A DNA stretch of 61,732 nucleotides. It comes from a virus. Lineage: Duplodnaviria > Heunggongvirae > Uroviricota > Caudoviricetes. Shown here piece by piece: positions 50,174 to 58,670 of the stretch; position 1 is the stretch's first letter, and each line of letters starts with the position of its first letter. The translations under genes were made by a program, and so were the position numbers. The stretch lies in the IMG/VR virus record IMGVR_UViG_2534682252_000039; one strand, given 5' to 3'. The notes under the pieces are model-generated. The model did no database searches. It had not been told where the DNA came from and saw nothing but the letters and a program-made list of their open reading frames with translations.

Positions 50174-50354
50174 TCGTGGCCGCCTCACTGATTTGTGAAA
50201 TGAGTTGCAGGGTGTGCTGCTGATTTGCCAGCACCTGACGCGCCTCATCCCGCTCACGTACAAGTACCTGATTATTGTCCTCAAGGCGCTGCGTCTTCTG
50301 GTGCATTCCCCATATCGCAGCAACCAGTACAGCGATAATCCCCAGCGCCGCCAT
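50004..50354 (-). CDS. Candidate i-spanin
   Basis: TM helix MAALGIIAVLVAAIWGM then long coiled coil. Confidence 0.5.
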   Translation of the reverse strand: MAALGIIAVLVAAIWGMHQKTQRLEDNNQVLVRERDEARQVLANQQHTLQLISQISEAATNEKQQNIQHTEEQQSVVRRSLAAVPAASAPVPDDVADRVRRAVCEIRACEAGADPR

Positions 50355-50466
50355 GCACGCCCCGGCAATCAGGGCCGGTAAGGCGTTATTCACCGCAGCC
50401 ACAGGACACCCCGTAACAGCAGTACCGCACACAGCAGCGCTATCATGAGCGGTCGCCAGAAGCGGT

Positions 50467-50967
50467 TCAGACTTTCGGCAAGTCGTAGCGACATAACCAT
50501 TCATCCGCCGAACGGCGGGCCTCAAGGCCGGGAAGTTTCACCCCCTTTGAATAAATCCAGCGGATATACTGCTTACAGGACGCGGGCATCTGCCCGGCAT
50601 TGATCAGGCGCAGAAGCGTGGAGTTGCGGAAGTTCGTTTCACCAGCCCAGAAGATCCACGAAGCCAGCGCCACCGTCTGACCACGGGTAAGCGGCACCTG
50701 AACACGCCGATCAATGGCCGCAAAGGCCCATTTCATGTCCTTTTCCAGTAGTTCCAGGCATTCTTCATCCGTCAGGGTCATACCCGGTTTCACATCCGGG
50801 CCGGTATGGCCGTAACAGATGGTGGGTGTACCGGTGGGATCGATATACGTGGAGTTTTCTTTCCCTTCCCAGTAACCGGTGTAATGCGTGGCAATCGTGA
50901 ACGTCCCGGCACCGGCCAGAACAAGGGCAATCAGCTTTTTACGCAGTGGTGCGGGGAGTTTTGGCAT
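50467..50967 (-). CDS. lys: SAR endolysin (GH24 lysozyme)
   Basis: Weakly hydrophobic N-terminal anchor LIALVLAGAGTFTIA; motif YWEGKENSTYIDPTGTPTICYGHTG. Confidence 0.85.
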   Translation of the reverse strand: MPKLPAPLRKKLIALVLAGAGTFTIATHYTGYWEGKENSTYIDPTGTPTICYGHTGPDVKPGMTLTDEECLELLEKDMKWAFAAIDRRVQVPLTRGQTVALASWIFWAGETNFRNSTLLRLINAGQMPASCKQYIRWIYSKGVKLPGLEARRSADEWLCRYDLPKV

Positions 50968-51038
50968 TGTTACGCTGTCTCATGATGTTCTCTGAGTCAG
51001 CGTAACGGTGAAGGAAAGGCGGCAGGCTTTGCGGAATA

Positions 51039-51464
51039 TCAGAAAAGTGGCGGTTGCGTTCTTGCCAGATGCAGACGGCGCTGTTCACGTATGACGGTAT
51101 AAATCTGGGTTTCTGACATCCGGTAATGTCGGCGAAGGGATTCAATTTTCTCGCCCCGGTCCCAGCGCGAAAATATCTCATTGTTTCGCAGCTCGGCAAA
51201 GAGAGATTCCCCGACCGGCAGGTAATAACCCCGTCCGCCCATATAGGCGGCCTGAGCCGCAGCCACCTTGCGTGCCAGTTTACCGGCCAGTACCGGCTCA
51301 ATCCCCTGACGCTGAAGTTCTGCGCCGGTGACTTCAACCAGTTCTGACAGGGTCCGTGGCCAGTTCTTTTTGAGAACATCATCAGGGATGTCATCAAGGC
51401 GGTCGATAAGGGCGTGCAGTTGCTCACTGTCACCACCAAACATGCTCATCTGAGTTTCTGCCAT
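51039..51464 (-). CDS. mor: Mor/C-family transcriptional activator
   Basis: 141 aa between gemA and lys; C-terminal HTH. Confidence 0.7.
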   Translation of the reverse strand: MAETQMSMFGGDSEQLHALIDRLDDIPDDVLKKNWPRTLSELVEVTGAELQRQGIEPVLAGKLARKVAAAQAAYMGGRGYYLPVGESLFAELRNNEIFSRWDRGEKIESLRRHYRMSETQIYTVIREQRRLHLARTQPPLF

Positions 51465-51533
51465 ATCAGCCTCCGGTTCTCGCGTTCCCGGTAAGTTTAA
51501 AATAAAAATCCCGCGCTGTGGCGGGATTTGGGG

Positions 51534-52043
51534 TTAACGGGGAAGTGATTTTTCATACTGCCTGCAAACGGCGTCATACCCCATCAGCGTGCGTTCGGGC
51601 ATTCCCATCGCGGCCAGCATTTTGCGGCGGTGCCATCGCTTGAGACGCTCCAGCACATCTGAGGCCAGGGCGGGGTGTTGCTCCAGCCACTGCCAGTTTG
51701 CCACACCTTCGCCACCGTTCTGCGCGGCCGTCTGCGATTTCACCCAGCGGTTAAGGGCGGTTTCCGCACCATCAGAGATAAAGCCCTGCCGGTGCATCAC
51801 CCTCCAGATGGCACGAATTTTGGCGGTCACCGTACCCGGTTTTAAGGCCTGGTTAACCGGCTTCTGGCGCACTTTAAAACCGCGTTTTTTGAAAACATCC
51901 AGCACGCGGGATAACTCATCCGGTGACATATCCCGGCAGCTGGTTTTGCCGGTGGCTGCCAGCAGCGCGGATGTATAAGTCTCATCATCCAGGGCAAGCT
52001 CGCGCTTTGCCACATGAATGGCGGATATCAGTTTTCCTCTCAT
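51534..52043 (-). CDS. gemA: GemA (Mu gp16-like)
   Basis: Size and position upstream of mor. Confidence 0.7.
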   Translation of the reverse strand: MRGKLISAIHVAKRELALDDETYTSALLAATGKTSCRDMSPDELSRVLDVFKKRGFKVRQKPVNQALKPGTVTAKIRAIWRVMHRQGFISDGAETALNRWVKSQTAAQNGGEGVANWQWLEQHPALASDVLERLKRWHRRKMLAAMGMPERTLMGYDAVCRQYEKSLPR

Positions 52044-52336
52044 ACCGTATTTACCTTTTTACGGACATGGAAAGCCTTTTCTGCCTCATCCCACCGGGCA
52101 TGGTGTGTTGGTGGAATAATCATTATGTGCCAGCCATCTCTGGTTGTTATTCGGCAGAAAAATTCACCGCTATATAACACAATGGCCTGCTGAATGAGCG
52201 CATCAGCCGCCCGTTCAACCGGATGTCTTTTATCAAAAAAGCAGATGATTTTTCGACATAACCACCGGGTAATAACAAATGCGCCGAAAAAGGATGTGAT
52301 ATATAAGCACCAGAACAACAGAGAACTATTGTCCAT
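52040..52336 (-). CDS. Hypothetical membrane-anchored protein (AT-rich accessory cluster)
   Basis: N-terminal TM helix; low GC. Confidence 0.4.
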   Translation of the reverse strand: MDNSSLLFWCLYITSFFGAFVITRWLCRKIICFFDKRHPVERAADALIQQAIVLYSGEFFCRITTRDGWHIMIIPPTHHARWDEAEKAFHVRKKVNTV

Positions 52337-52523
52337 TATCTTTCTCCTTATTCACTCTTCTGCGGCATTCGGCACAGTCATCAGGGCTTTCAAATGTATC
52401 CGGCTCGCGATTATGAGCCAGATATAACCACCGTCCACATATACTGATATTTTCGCCTGTTTTAAAAAAATGATGCTTCCTGGCCATTAGTGGCCGCGCC
52501 CATCCAGCGGGTAGACTATTCAT
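52326..52523 (-). CDS. Small Cys-containing protein (AT-rich cluster)
   Basis: C...CxxC pattern. Confidence 0.35.
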   Translation of the reverse strand: MNSLPAGWARPLMARKHHFFKTGENISICGRWLYLAHNREPDTFESPDDCAECRRRVNKEKDNGQ

Positions 52524-52851
52524 TTGCTTTATCCTCCATACTGGAGAGAATCATATGTATTAATGTCGGGCGTGGAGATATACGCATTTCATTAAGCGTC
52601 TGAAGGGCAGCAACAGCTGCCTGTTTATCGGTGCCTTTGGCAATTTCAGCAAGAGAATGCACAATCCATAACGGGCTTAACGCTACGGCTGAATGCAGAA
52701 TCATGTCATCCATAATAATTTCTGGCATATCCCGTTTGTCACATTCTTTATCCATAAAAGAAACAATTTTTTCTGCATCTTCCGGTTTCATGCCTCCGGC
52801 GATGAGAATTTTACGATATTCATAAGACGATCTTAATTCAATACTCATCAT
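52516..52851 (-). CDS. Hypothetical protein (AT-rich cluster)
   Basis: ORF track. Confidence 0.45.
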   Translation of the reverse strand: MMSIELRSSYEYRKILIAGGMKPEDAEKIVSFMDKECDKRDMPEIIMDDMILHSAVALSPLWIVHSLAEIAKGTDKQAAVAALQTLNEMRISPRPTLIHMILSSMEDKANE

Positions 52852-52863
52852 TCACCTGCCTGT

Positions 52864-53256
52864 TTAATCAGTTTCCAGTGCTTTGCTACGGGCAACAGCC
52901 TCACACTCAAAAAATACCGACTCCGGCACACGCTCCTTTAATTCACGAACAAGAAAATCATTAACGAGTTCATGACGTCTTATATTTCTTTCCTTTTCCT
53001 CCTGGCGCAATACAGCAAGGCGGTATTCAACAGTCCGGCGTTGTTTCTGAAAGACAGCCAGTGCTTTTCTGGCAGAGTTACGCCATGTATCATCGCCACA
53101 GGGTTCGTATTCAAGCTGAAATTTAATCTCTTCAATGGTTTCTTTTATTTTTGCCAGCAAGCTAAGACAGTCGCTGATTGTCTTCAGTTTTTCATTATCA
53201 ATATAACTTCTCACGCATTCACCTCCCGTCATTCCGGTAAAGCTGAAATATGGCAC
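52864..53256 (-). CDS. Hypothetical coiled-coil protein (AT-rich cluster)
   Basis: ORF track. Confidence 0.45.
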   Translation of the reverse strand: MPYFSFTGMTGGECVRSYIDNEKLKTISDCLSLLAKIKETIEEIKFQLEYEPCGDDTWRNSARKALAVFQKQRRTVEYRLAVLRQEEKERNIRRHELVNDFLVRELKERVPESVFFECEAVARSKALETD

Positions 53257-53540
53257 CAGTGCGTCACCTGTCCGTCCTCATCTTCAAGGCAGGCTCCGGT
53301 TTCTTCATCAATAAAAAAGCCTTCATACCCCATATGGCCGATGCGCAGTTCCTGTTGGTCACCATACTGAACAATCAGCACGACAGCCTCCATATCAGGC
53401 GGGAAAGCATCATTCAGTGAATGCCAGGGATAACCGCGCAAATCCCCGAAATAAACACCGGTCAGCGTTCCGCCACAGACCGGCATTCCGACGGTACACA
53501 CAAGGGGTTCATCTGATTCAACAAATAATGTCGTTATCAT
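53229..53540 (-). CDS. Hypothetical Mu-like early protein
   Basis: ORF track. Confidence 0.45.
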   Translation of the reverse strand: MITTLFVESDEPLVCTVGMPVCGGTLTGVYFGDLRGYPWHSLNDAFPPDMEAVVLIVQYGDQQELRIGHMGYEGFFIDEETGACLEDEDGQVTHWCHISALPE

Positions 53541-54088
53541 GGCATTAATTCCCGTAATACAACATCTTCGGCAGTCCGACGACGGTGATAAATAAAACTC
53601 ACCGTGCCCTCGGATAATTCAAATTTCTCGCCGATTTCCCTAAAGGTAAGACGCCGTGGTGATTCAGCATCCCGTAATTCACGAATAAGACGAACATCAT
53701 CGTCAGGTATGCGGGTGAAGGGCAGCAACTCTCCGTATTTTTTCATGCTTACGCCAATATATCGCGCCCGATTGTGGACAGAATCCCGGTCTCGCCCCAG
53801 ATATTCTCCTATTTGCTTACCGGTCATTGTTCTGGCATTTTTTCGGATAAATTTATCTTCATCAGGTTTAAATCTGAGGCGTTTGCATTTGAGCAACTCC
53901 GGGTAAGTACCGCGTAATAAAACAATCCGGTTATGTACACCCCAGAAACTTCTTTTTATCCTGACAGCAATATCCTTAACCGGGGTGGATGGATAAAGCG
54001 CAATCAGCAGCGCATCTTCTTCAGGTGTCCATGCGCGAACATGAGCGGGTGCACGGCCTTTTCTCCCCATGGGTTGTAATATCATCAT
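53537..54088 (-). CDS. Putative DNA-binding early protein with two HTH-like segments
   Basis: ...MTGKQIGEYLGRDRDSVHNRARYIG... and ...LTFREIGEKFELSEGTVSFIYHRRR. Confidence 0.5.
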   Translation of the reverse strand: MMILQPMGRKGRAPAHVRAWTPEEDALLIALYPSTPVKDIAVRIKRSFWGVHNRIVLLRGTYPELLKCKRLRFKPDEDKFIRKNARTMTGKQIGEYLGRDRDSVHNRARYIGVSMKKYGELLPFTRIPDDDVRLIRELRDAESPRRLTFREIGEKFELSEGTVSFIYHRRRTAEDVVLRELMP

Positions 54089-54091
54089 GCA

Positions 54092-54607
54092 TCACCCCCT
54101 GACTCGCTTTTCAGCAGCATAAAACTCATCAGACAGAATTTCGGTCATTTTCTGTTTTGCGGGTTTTACGCCGCACTGAAGGTAAATCACATCGTCAACG
54201 CAGAACCACTCCACAGGGCCAAACAGGATTGCCGAGAAATCAATGCCCAGCCAGAACAACAGTGCATCGGTTCTGGCATACGTGACGGGCGAATATTCAC
54301 GCCACAGACTGTTAAGTTCGTCAGAGGCAACGCGCAGGGCTTTGGGAATACGTGATGTGCGCGGTGTGCAGCTCCAGCCATTCGACGCAGTTGGTTTTCG
54401 CCATAAATCACGATGAAAAGGATATTTGTCCTCCGTAAAACGCAGTCCCTTAAAACAAAAACCACTGATACTGAATTCAAATACCGACCGGCACGCAACA
54501 TTCAGCACGGCCTCAAGGCGTTTCGCCTCATCTTTTACCGTCTGGCAGTCCTGCTGGTATTTTTGCCACGCAGCCAGCGCGGAAGGGTTTGATGTTTTAA
54601 AGAACAT
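54092..54607 (-). CDS. Hypothetical Mu-like early protein
   Basis: ORF track. Confidence 0.5.
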   Translation of the reverse strand: MFFKTSNPSALAAWQKYQQDCQTVKDEAKRLEAVLNVACRSVFEFSISGFCFKGLRFTEDKYPFHRDLWRKPTASNGWSCTPRTSRIPKALRVASDELNSLWREYSPVTYARTDALLFWLGIDFSAILFGPVEWFCVDDVIYLQCGVKPAKQKMTEILSDEFYAAEKRVRG

Positions 54608-55140
54608 TACGCCACCTCCGCTGATATCCCGGCAGGCGCGGCCGTCCGGTCAACAATCAGGTAACGCAGAACGCGCGAGGTGATATTCCAGCCGCTTAAA
54701 CCGCAGATAATGACGCCCAGGCGGATGTCGATATACGACATCACAAACTGGGGCACGCCTTCTTTCATGGCCTGCTCATCAACTTCAGCCACCACATAAA
54801 CGGTTTCACAGGTCAGCACGCCCTGAGCAAATTCCCACGCCATCGACGGAATATCATGCCCTTCAATCCACGGCAGGGATTTTCTGAAGCTGCACCACTG
54901 AACATCATCAGCCGCAGACTCCTGGCTGCATTTGCGACGAACCGGCTGCACCGGGCGGGGACGCGGAATATCATAAAAACCGTTACATTCCGTCAGCACG
55001 CCTGCATCAACCGCATCACGCAGAAAATAAACCATGGAGGATGGCGGCATATTCATTTTTTCAGCCAGAATACCGCAGGTCAGACGTCCGTAAATACGCA
55101 GCCAGTTTTTAACCCCTTCAAGCACTTTTGCATCAATCAT
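54607..55140 (-). CDS. Hypothetical Mu-like early protein
   Basis: ORF track. Confidence 0.5.
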   Translation of the reverse strand: MIDAKVLEGVKNWLRIYGRLTCGILAEKMNMPPSSMVYFLRDAVDAGVLTECNGFYDIPRPRPVQPVRRKCSQESAADDVQWCSFRKSLPWIEGHDIPSMAWEFAQGVLTCETVYVVAEVDEQAMKEGVPQFVMSYIDIRLGVIICGLSGWNITSRVLRYLIVDRTAAPAGISAEVA

Positions 55141-55143
55141 GAA

Positions 55144-55686
55144 TTATTCCTCCGTCAGCGCCACATATTCAGAATGTTTAATCTCCTGGCATTCTTCAGG
55201 AATACCCCCTTTTATTTCCCTGCCATAAGTTCCTACTTTAAACACCACGCACAGGGCATCACGGGAGAGTGACGGGGTCCACCAGGAGTCCGTGTTAAAC
55301 ATGGAGGGGATTCTCATTACCCCCAGCTTTTCACAGAGCCAGACAAGGAAATCAGGACGCTTTCTTAACTCGCGTTCAGCGGCTTCAACCATTGCGGCAA
55401 TCGCCGGACCTTCAGGGCATGACTCATCAGGTCTGGCAATAAAGCACGGTCCGCCCCCGATAAAAGCCACATCATCGCGCTTACGCCAGCCCGCAGGCAG
55501 AGAACCAGAAAAATAAAACTCACTGATTACGTCCATGGCGAACGGCTTTAAGCGCAATCCGGCAGCGCCTGTATTTTTCAGTAATGCCCGAAGAATACTG
55601 TTGCGTAGCGGTAAAACATCCCGCTGATATTCGGTTAAATATTTATTTGTGTACACTATGTCTAATTTGAAATAAAAATATGCCAT
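55144..55686 (-). CDS. Hypothetical Mu-like early protein
   Basis: ORF track. Confidence 0.5.
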   Translation of the reverse strand: MAYFYFKLDIVYTNKYLTEYQRDVLPLRNSILRALLKNTGAAGLRLKPFAMDVISEFYFSGSLPAGWRKRDDVAFIGGGPCFIARPDESCPEGPAIAAMVEAAERELRKRPDFLVWLCEKLGVMRIPSMFNTDSWWTPSLSRDALCVVFKVGTYGREIKGGIPEECQEIKHSEYVALTEE

Positions 55687-55783
55687 GTTTCCGATTCCTT
55701 ATTTTCAGCTTTCAGGCGCAGGCAGTCCCCTGACGCGAGCGCCATAATTAAAACGATGTGATATTTAAAGATTTAATGTGGTG

Positions 55784-56314
55784 TTATTTATTCAGTCCGG
55801 CGTCCTGTTCAAAAGGCTCGACATAAAAACTTTCAGCGCCTTTATTCACCTTTATACCGGCAATGCCTTTCACCGCATCCGGCTCCGCCAGGACGGCTTC
55901 CTTGTTCACTTCCTCTTTCGTGCGGATGAATCGCTCAAGCCCCATAAGGCGCAGCATTTCAATCACGCCTTCCACATCACGGCTGACGCTGCATGATGGA
56001 TTTCCCAGCCGCCATGACACCGTGCCGGTGGTCAGATTGGCAGTTTTTGTTTTGCCGCCGTTCGTCAGCTCATCTCGGTTGGTTTTGCACCAGTCCTGAA
56101 TCCCCTTAAAAAGCACTTTGATTTCTTTTTTAAGGTTTTCAATTTGCGGCGTATAACGGGCGGTGATTTCTGCCACTTCATCATTCATCGCCGTTTCCAG
56201 CCGCAGCGCCTCTCGCTGAATATCGCCCAGGGTGCGGATATCGCGGCTGACCTCTTCGCGGGTCTGCGGTGCAGCCTCGGCTGCGGCCTTTAATTTTGTA
56301 ACGCGTTTTGCCAT
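55784..56314 (-). CDS. gam: Host-nuclease inhibitor Gam (Ku-like)
   Basis: MAKRVTKLKAA...RLETAMNDEVAEITARY...NRDELTNGGKTKTANLTTGTVSWR...FIRTKEEVNKEAVL matches remembered Mu Gam. Confidence 0.85.
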   Translation of the reverse strand: MAKRVTKLKAAAEAAPQTREEVSRDIRTLGDIQREALRLETAMNDEVAEITARYTPQIENLKKEIKVLFKGIQDWCKTNRDELTNGGKTKTANLTTGTVSWRLGNPSCSVSRDVEGVIEMLRLMGLERFIRTKEEVNKEAVLAEPDAVKGIAGIKVNKGAESFYVEPFEQDAGLNK

Positions 56315-56325
56315 TTTGTTTTTCC

Positions 56326-56619
56326 TTATTGCAGTGTGCCTGATGCTTTATGCACGCGGTGGCGTTTAATGATGGCATCCGCCCCAAAAGCCTGTACAGA
56401 TGCCTGAAATTCCGCTGAGAGAAACTGAATAATTTCAGGACTGTGATACTGGAGAATACTTACATAAACGTCACAGAGTGACGTCGGCCTGTTATTCGTA
56501 TCACGTTCTGTTTTTACATCCACACCAATCTTTTCATGCACTTCAACACAGTCATTGCCTGCCGGTTTTTCGTCATGCGAAACATGCTTAAATTCAAAAA
56601 TAACGCGTACTTTGCTCAT
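56326..56619 (-). CDS. Small early protein, tandem paralogue 2
   Basis: MSKVRVIFEFKHV... similar to the next gene. Confidence 0.5.
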   Translation of the reverse strand: MSKVRVIFEFKHVSHDEKPAGNDCVEVHEKIGVDVKTERDTNNRPTSLCDVYVSILQYHSPEIIQFLSAEFQASVQAFGADAIIKRHRVHKASGTLQ

Positions 56620-56623
56620 GGAA

Positions 56624-56896
56624 TTACCCCTGCTGATTAAATTCATTACCTTTAATAACCCCGGAACGCATGCTCATATCTTTCATGAGCGCACTGGCTT
56701 TCATTGCCACAAGTTCAGCAAAGTCTCTGCTTTCCGCGAGCATAACCACCCCAAAAATCATGGCAGGTCCATCACCTTTCTGCTTTATCCCGGTTGAACG
56801 TATGTCCAGACTTATCCCCATGCGCACTGTTCCATCCGCGTTTTTATGGATAACGTGCTCCTTGTATTCGAAAATAATGCGTACGACTTTACTCAT
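56624..56896 (-). CDS. Small early protein, tandem paralogue 1
   Basis: MSKVVRIIFEYKEHV... Confidence 0.5.
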   Translation of the reverse strand: MSKVVRIIFEYKEHVIHKNADGTVRMGISLDIRSTGIKQKGDGPAMIFGVVMLAESRDFAELVAMKASALMKDMSMRSGVIKGNEFNQQG

Positions 56897-57174
56897 CCTC
56901 TGGTCCTCGTTCTGTTTGGATAACTGACCCGGCGTCTGACCTCACGGCAGAACCGAATCATGGCATTAAAGGCTTCTTCCTCCGTCACCGCTTCCGGTAT
57001 CCCCGGAACCAGTAACTGCTCCTGTTCATCACGTCCATGACGCGCCATAACCTCAATCACATGCCGTACCGTGGCAGGCTTTCCGGCAACTATCGGCAAT
57101 GCACCTTCCGGCAGGACGTAACCAAACTCAATAAGACCACTCGACCACGCCCATGCAATGAGATTTTTTTTCAC
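56893..57174 (-). CDS. Hypothetical early protein
   Basis: ORF track. Confidence 0.45.
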   Translation of the reverse strand: MKKNLIAWAWSSGLIEFGYVLPEGALPIVAGKPATVRHVIEVMARHGRDEQEQLLVPGIPEAVTEEEAFNAMIRFCREVRRRVSYPNRTRTRG

Positions 57175-57175
57175 C

Positions 57176-57442
57176 TCACACCTCCCAGTAAACCGTGCAG
57201 CCGCTGATGCGGGTGGCCTTCACACGGCGGCGCAGGCCGTTGGTCTGTATGGTGATTTCAATTTCACCGGTTCCCTGCACGTTGCCTACCGGCGGCGTGG
57301 TTTTCAGTGCAAAACGTTGCGGATAGCGCTTACTGCGTTCCAGTACCGCACCGGCAAGTTCGGTCAGACGGCGCGCGCTGTTCAGGGAGTCGAATAAATT
57401 CATTTTGTTACCGCAGGATTGCATATTCATATAACACCTCAT
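57176..57442 (-). CDS. Hypothetical early protein
   Basis: ORF track. Confidence 0.4.
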   Translation of the reverse strand: MRCYMNMQSCGNKMNLFDSLNSARRLTELAGAVLERSKRYPQRFALKTTPPVGNVQGTGEIEITIQTNGLRRRVKATRISGCTVYWEV

Positions 57443-57670
57443 TTAGCTGACTTGTTTCGCACCAACAGAACGGCATATTCCGCTGTAAACTTCTGTCGCA
57501 CCTTCGCGATCAAGTCCGGCAGATATCACCATTCGTGTGCGGTCATTAAATTCAAAAAGTAAATCGCCACATTCTTTATTTTCGGCCAGTGAAATCACCT
57601 TCACGTTATCGAAATTAACCAGGTAAAAGCGTCCGTAAATATCAGGAATATAAAATACCGCCATAATCAC
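57443..57670 (-). CDS. Hypothetical early protein
   Basis: ORF track. Confidence 0.45.
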   Translation of the reverse strand: MIMAVFYIPDIYGRFYLVNFDNVKVISLAENKECGDLLFEFNDRTRMVISAGLDREGATEVYSGICRSVGAKQVS

Positions 57671-58599
57671 ACCTGTGAGAGTAATTCAGGGTTGGTATAA
57701 ACCTCTTTAAAGGCCGCATTAATATGTTTTTCTGTCAGCGCCGCACCTTCACCGCTGGCGGTGAGCCACGCCTGGTTAAGCGTATGTGTCAGAACGCGTA
57801 ACGCTCCCGGCTTTTCAGCGATAGCCTGCATGACGGCCAGCTCGGCCTCACCACTGATCCCCCACGCCCTGGCAATGGCCAGCACATCCGCCTTTTTGGC
57901 CTTGCGAAGTTGTTTTGTACGGGCAAGACGGCTGAACAGGCGCGATAAATCATCAAAGGCGCGGCGTCCACCTTTAAACAATCCGCGCGGGTTACCAATA
58001 AGCACCATCCCGATCCCCGTGGCGTCCTGAATTGCCCGGAGTTGCTCCAGACCGTCAATACCAAGATGATCCGCCTCATCCACAATCACCAGTCCACGCG
58101 TTCCCATCAGGCGACGGCGGATGGCGCGGGATAATGCCCCTTTGTTCGCGCGGGTGTAATCAATCCCCAGCGCATCGGCCAGCTCCAGCAGACACTCCGT
58201 GACGCTGGAGTGCGCGGGTGACAGGGTGATCATCCAGGTGTTTGGTTGCTCCTGGCAGTAATTACGGGCAGTGGCCGTTTTACCCACACCCGGTACGCCC
58301 ACAATAACGTTAATACAGCCCATCAGACGAACCGCCTGAAACAGTGTGCGCAGCTCCTGGACTGTCTGCGTTTCCACAAACTGCGGCGGTTCCGGCAGTG
58401 CGCTTTGTTTATTCCAGTTCTCATACCAGGAACGCAGGGAAGCAGCCACAGCAGCGTTATCGCCTTTATATTTTCCCTTACGGAAAGCCGATAATGTGCC
58501 GTCGGAAATTCCCGCCTCTCTGGCGATGGCATACTGTGTCAGTACGCCGCCATCAATAAGTTCATCAATGGTCTTGATTACATCGTTAATATCAGTCAT
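57667..58599 (-). CDS. B: Transposition protein B (AAA+ ATPase)
   Basis: N-terminal HTH, Walker A VGVPGVGKT; 310 aa. Confidence 0.85.
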   Translation of the reverse strand: MTDINDVIKTIDELIDGGVLTQYAIAREAGISDGTLSAFRKGKYKGDNAAVAASLRSWYENWNKQSALPEPPQFVETQTVQELRTLFQAVRLMGCINVIVGVPGVGKTATARNYCQEQPNTWMITLSPAHSSVTECLLELADALGIDYTRANKGALSRAIRRRLMGTRGLVIVDEADHLGIDGLEQLRAIQDATGIGMVLIGNPRGLFKGGRRAFDDLSRLFSRLARTKQLRKAKKADVLAIARAWGISGEAELAVMQAIAEKPGALRVLTHTLNQAWLTASGEGAALTEKHINAAFKEVYTNPELLSQV

Positions 58600-58604
58600 A
58601 TTAT

Positions 58605-58668
58605 TAACCTCTCATTTGATACCTTGTTTAATCAAATAACCTGAGTCGCCGCTCGGGTTATTTTTTTA
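58605..58668 (-). terminator. Hairpin between A and B (possible partial terminator)
   Basis: Minus-strand AACCCGAGcggcgaCTCAGGTT then ATTTGATT. Confidence 0.3.
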
Positions 58669-58670
58669 TT

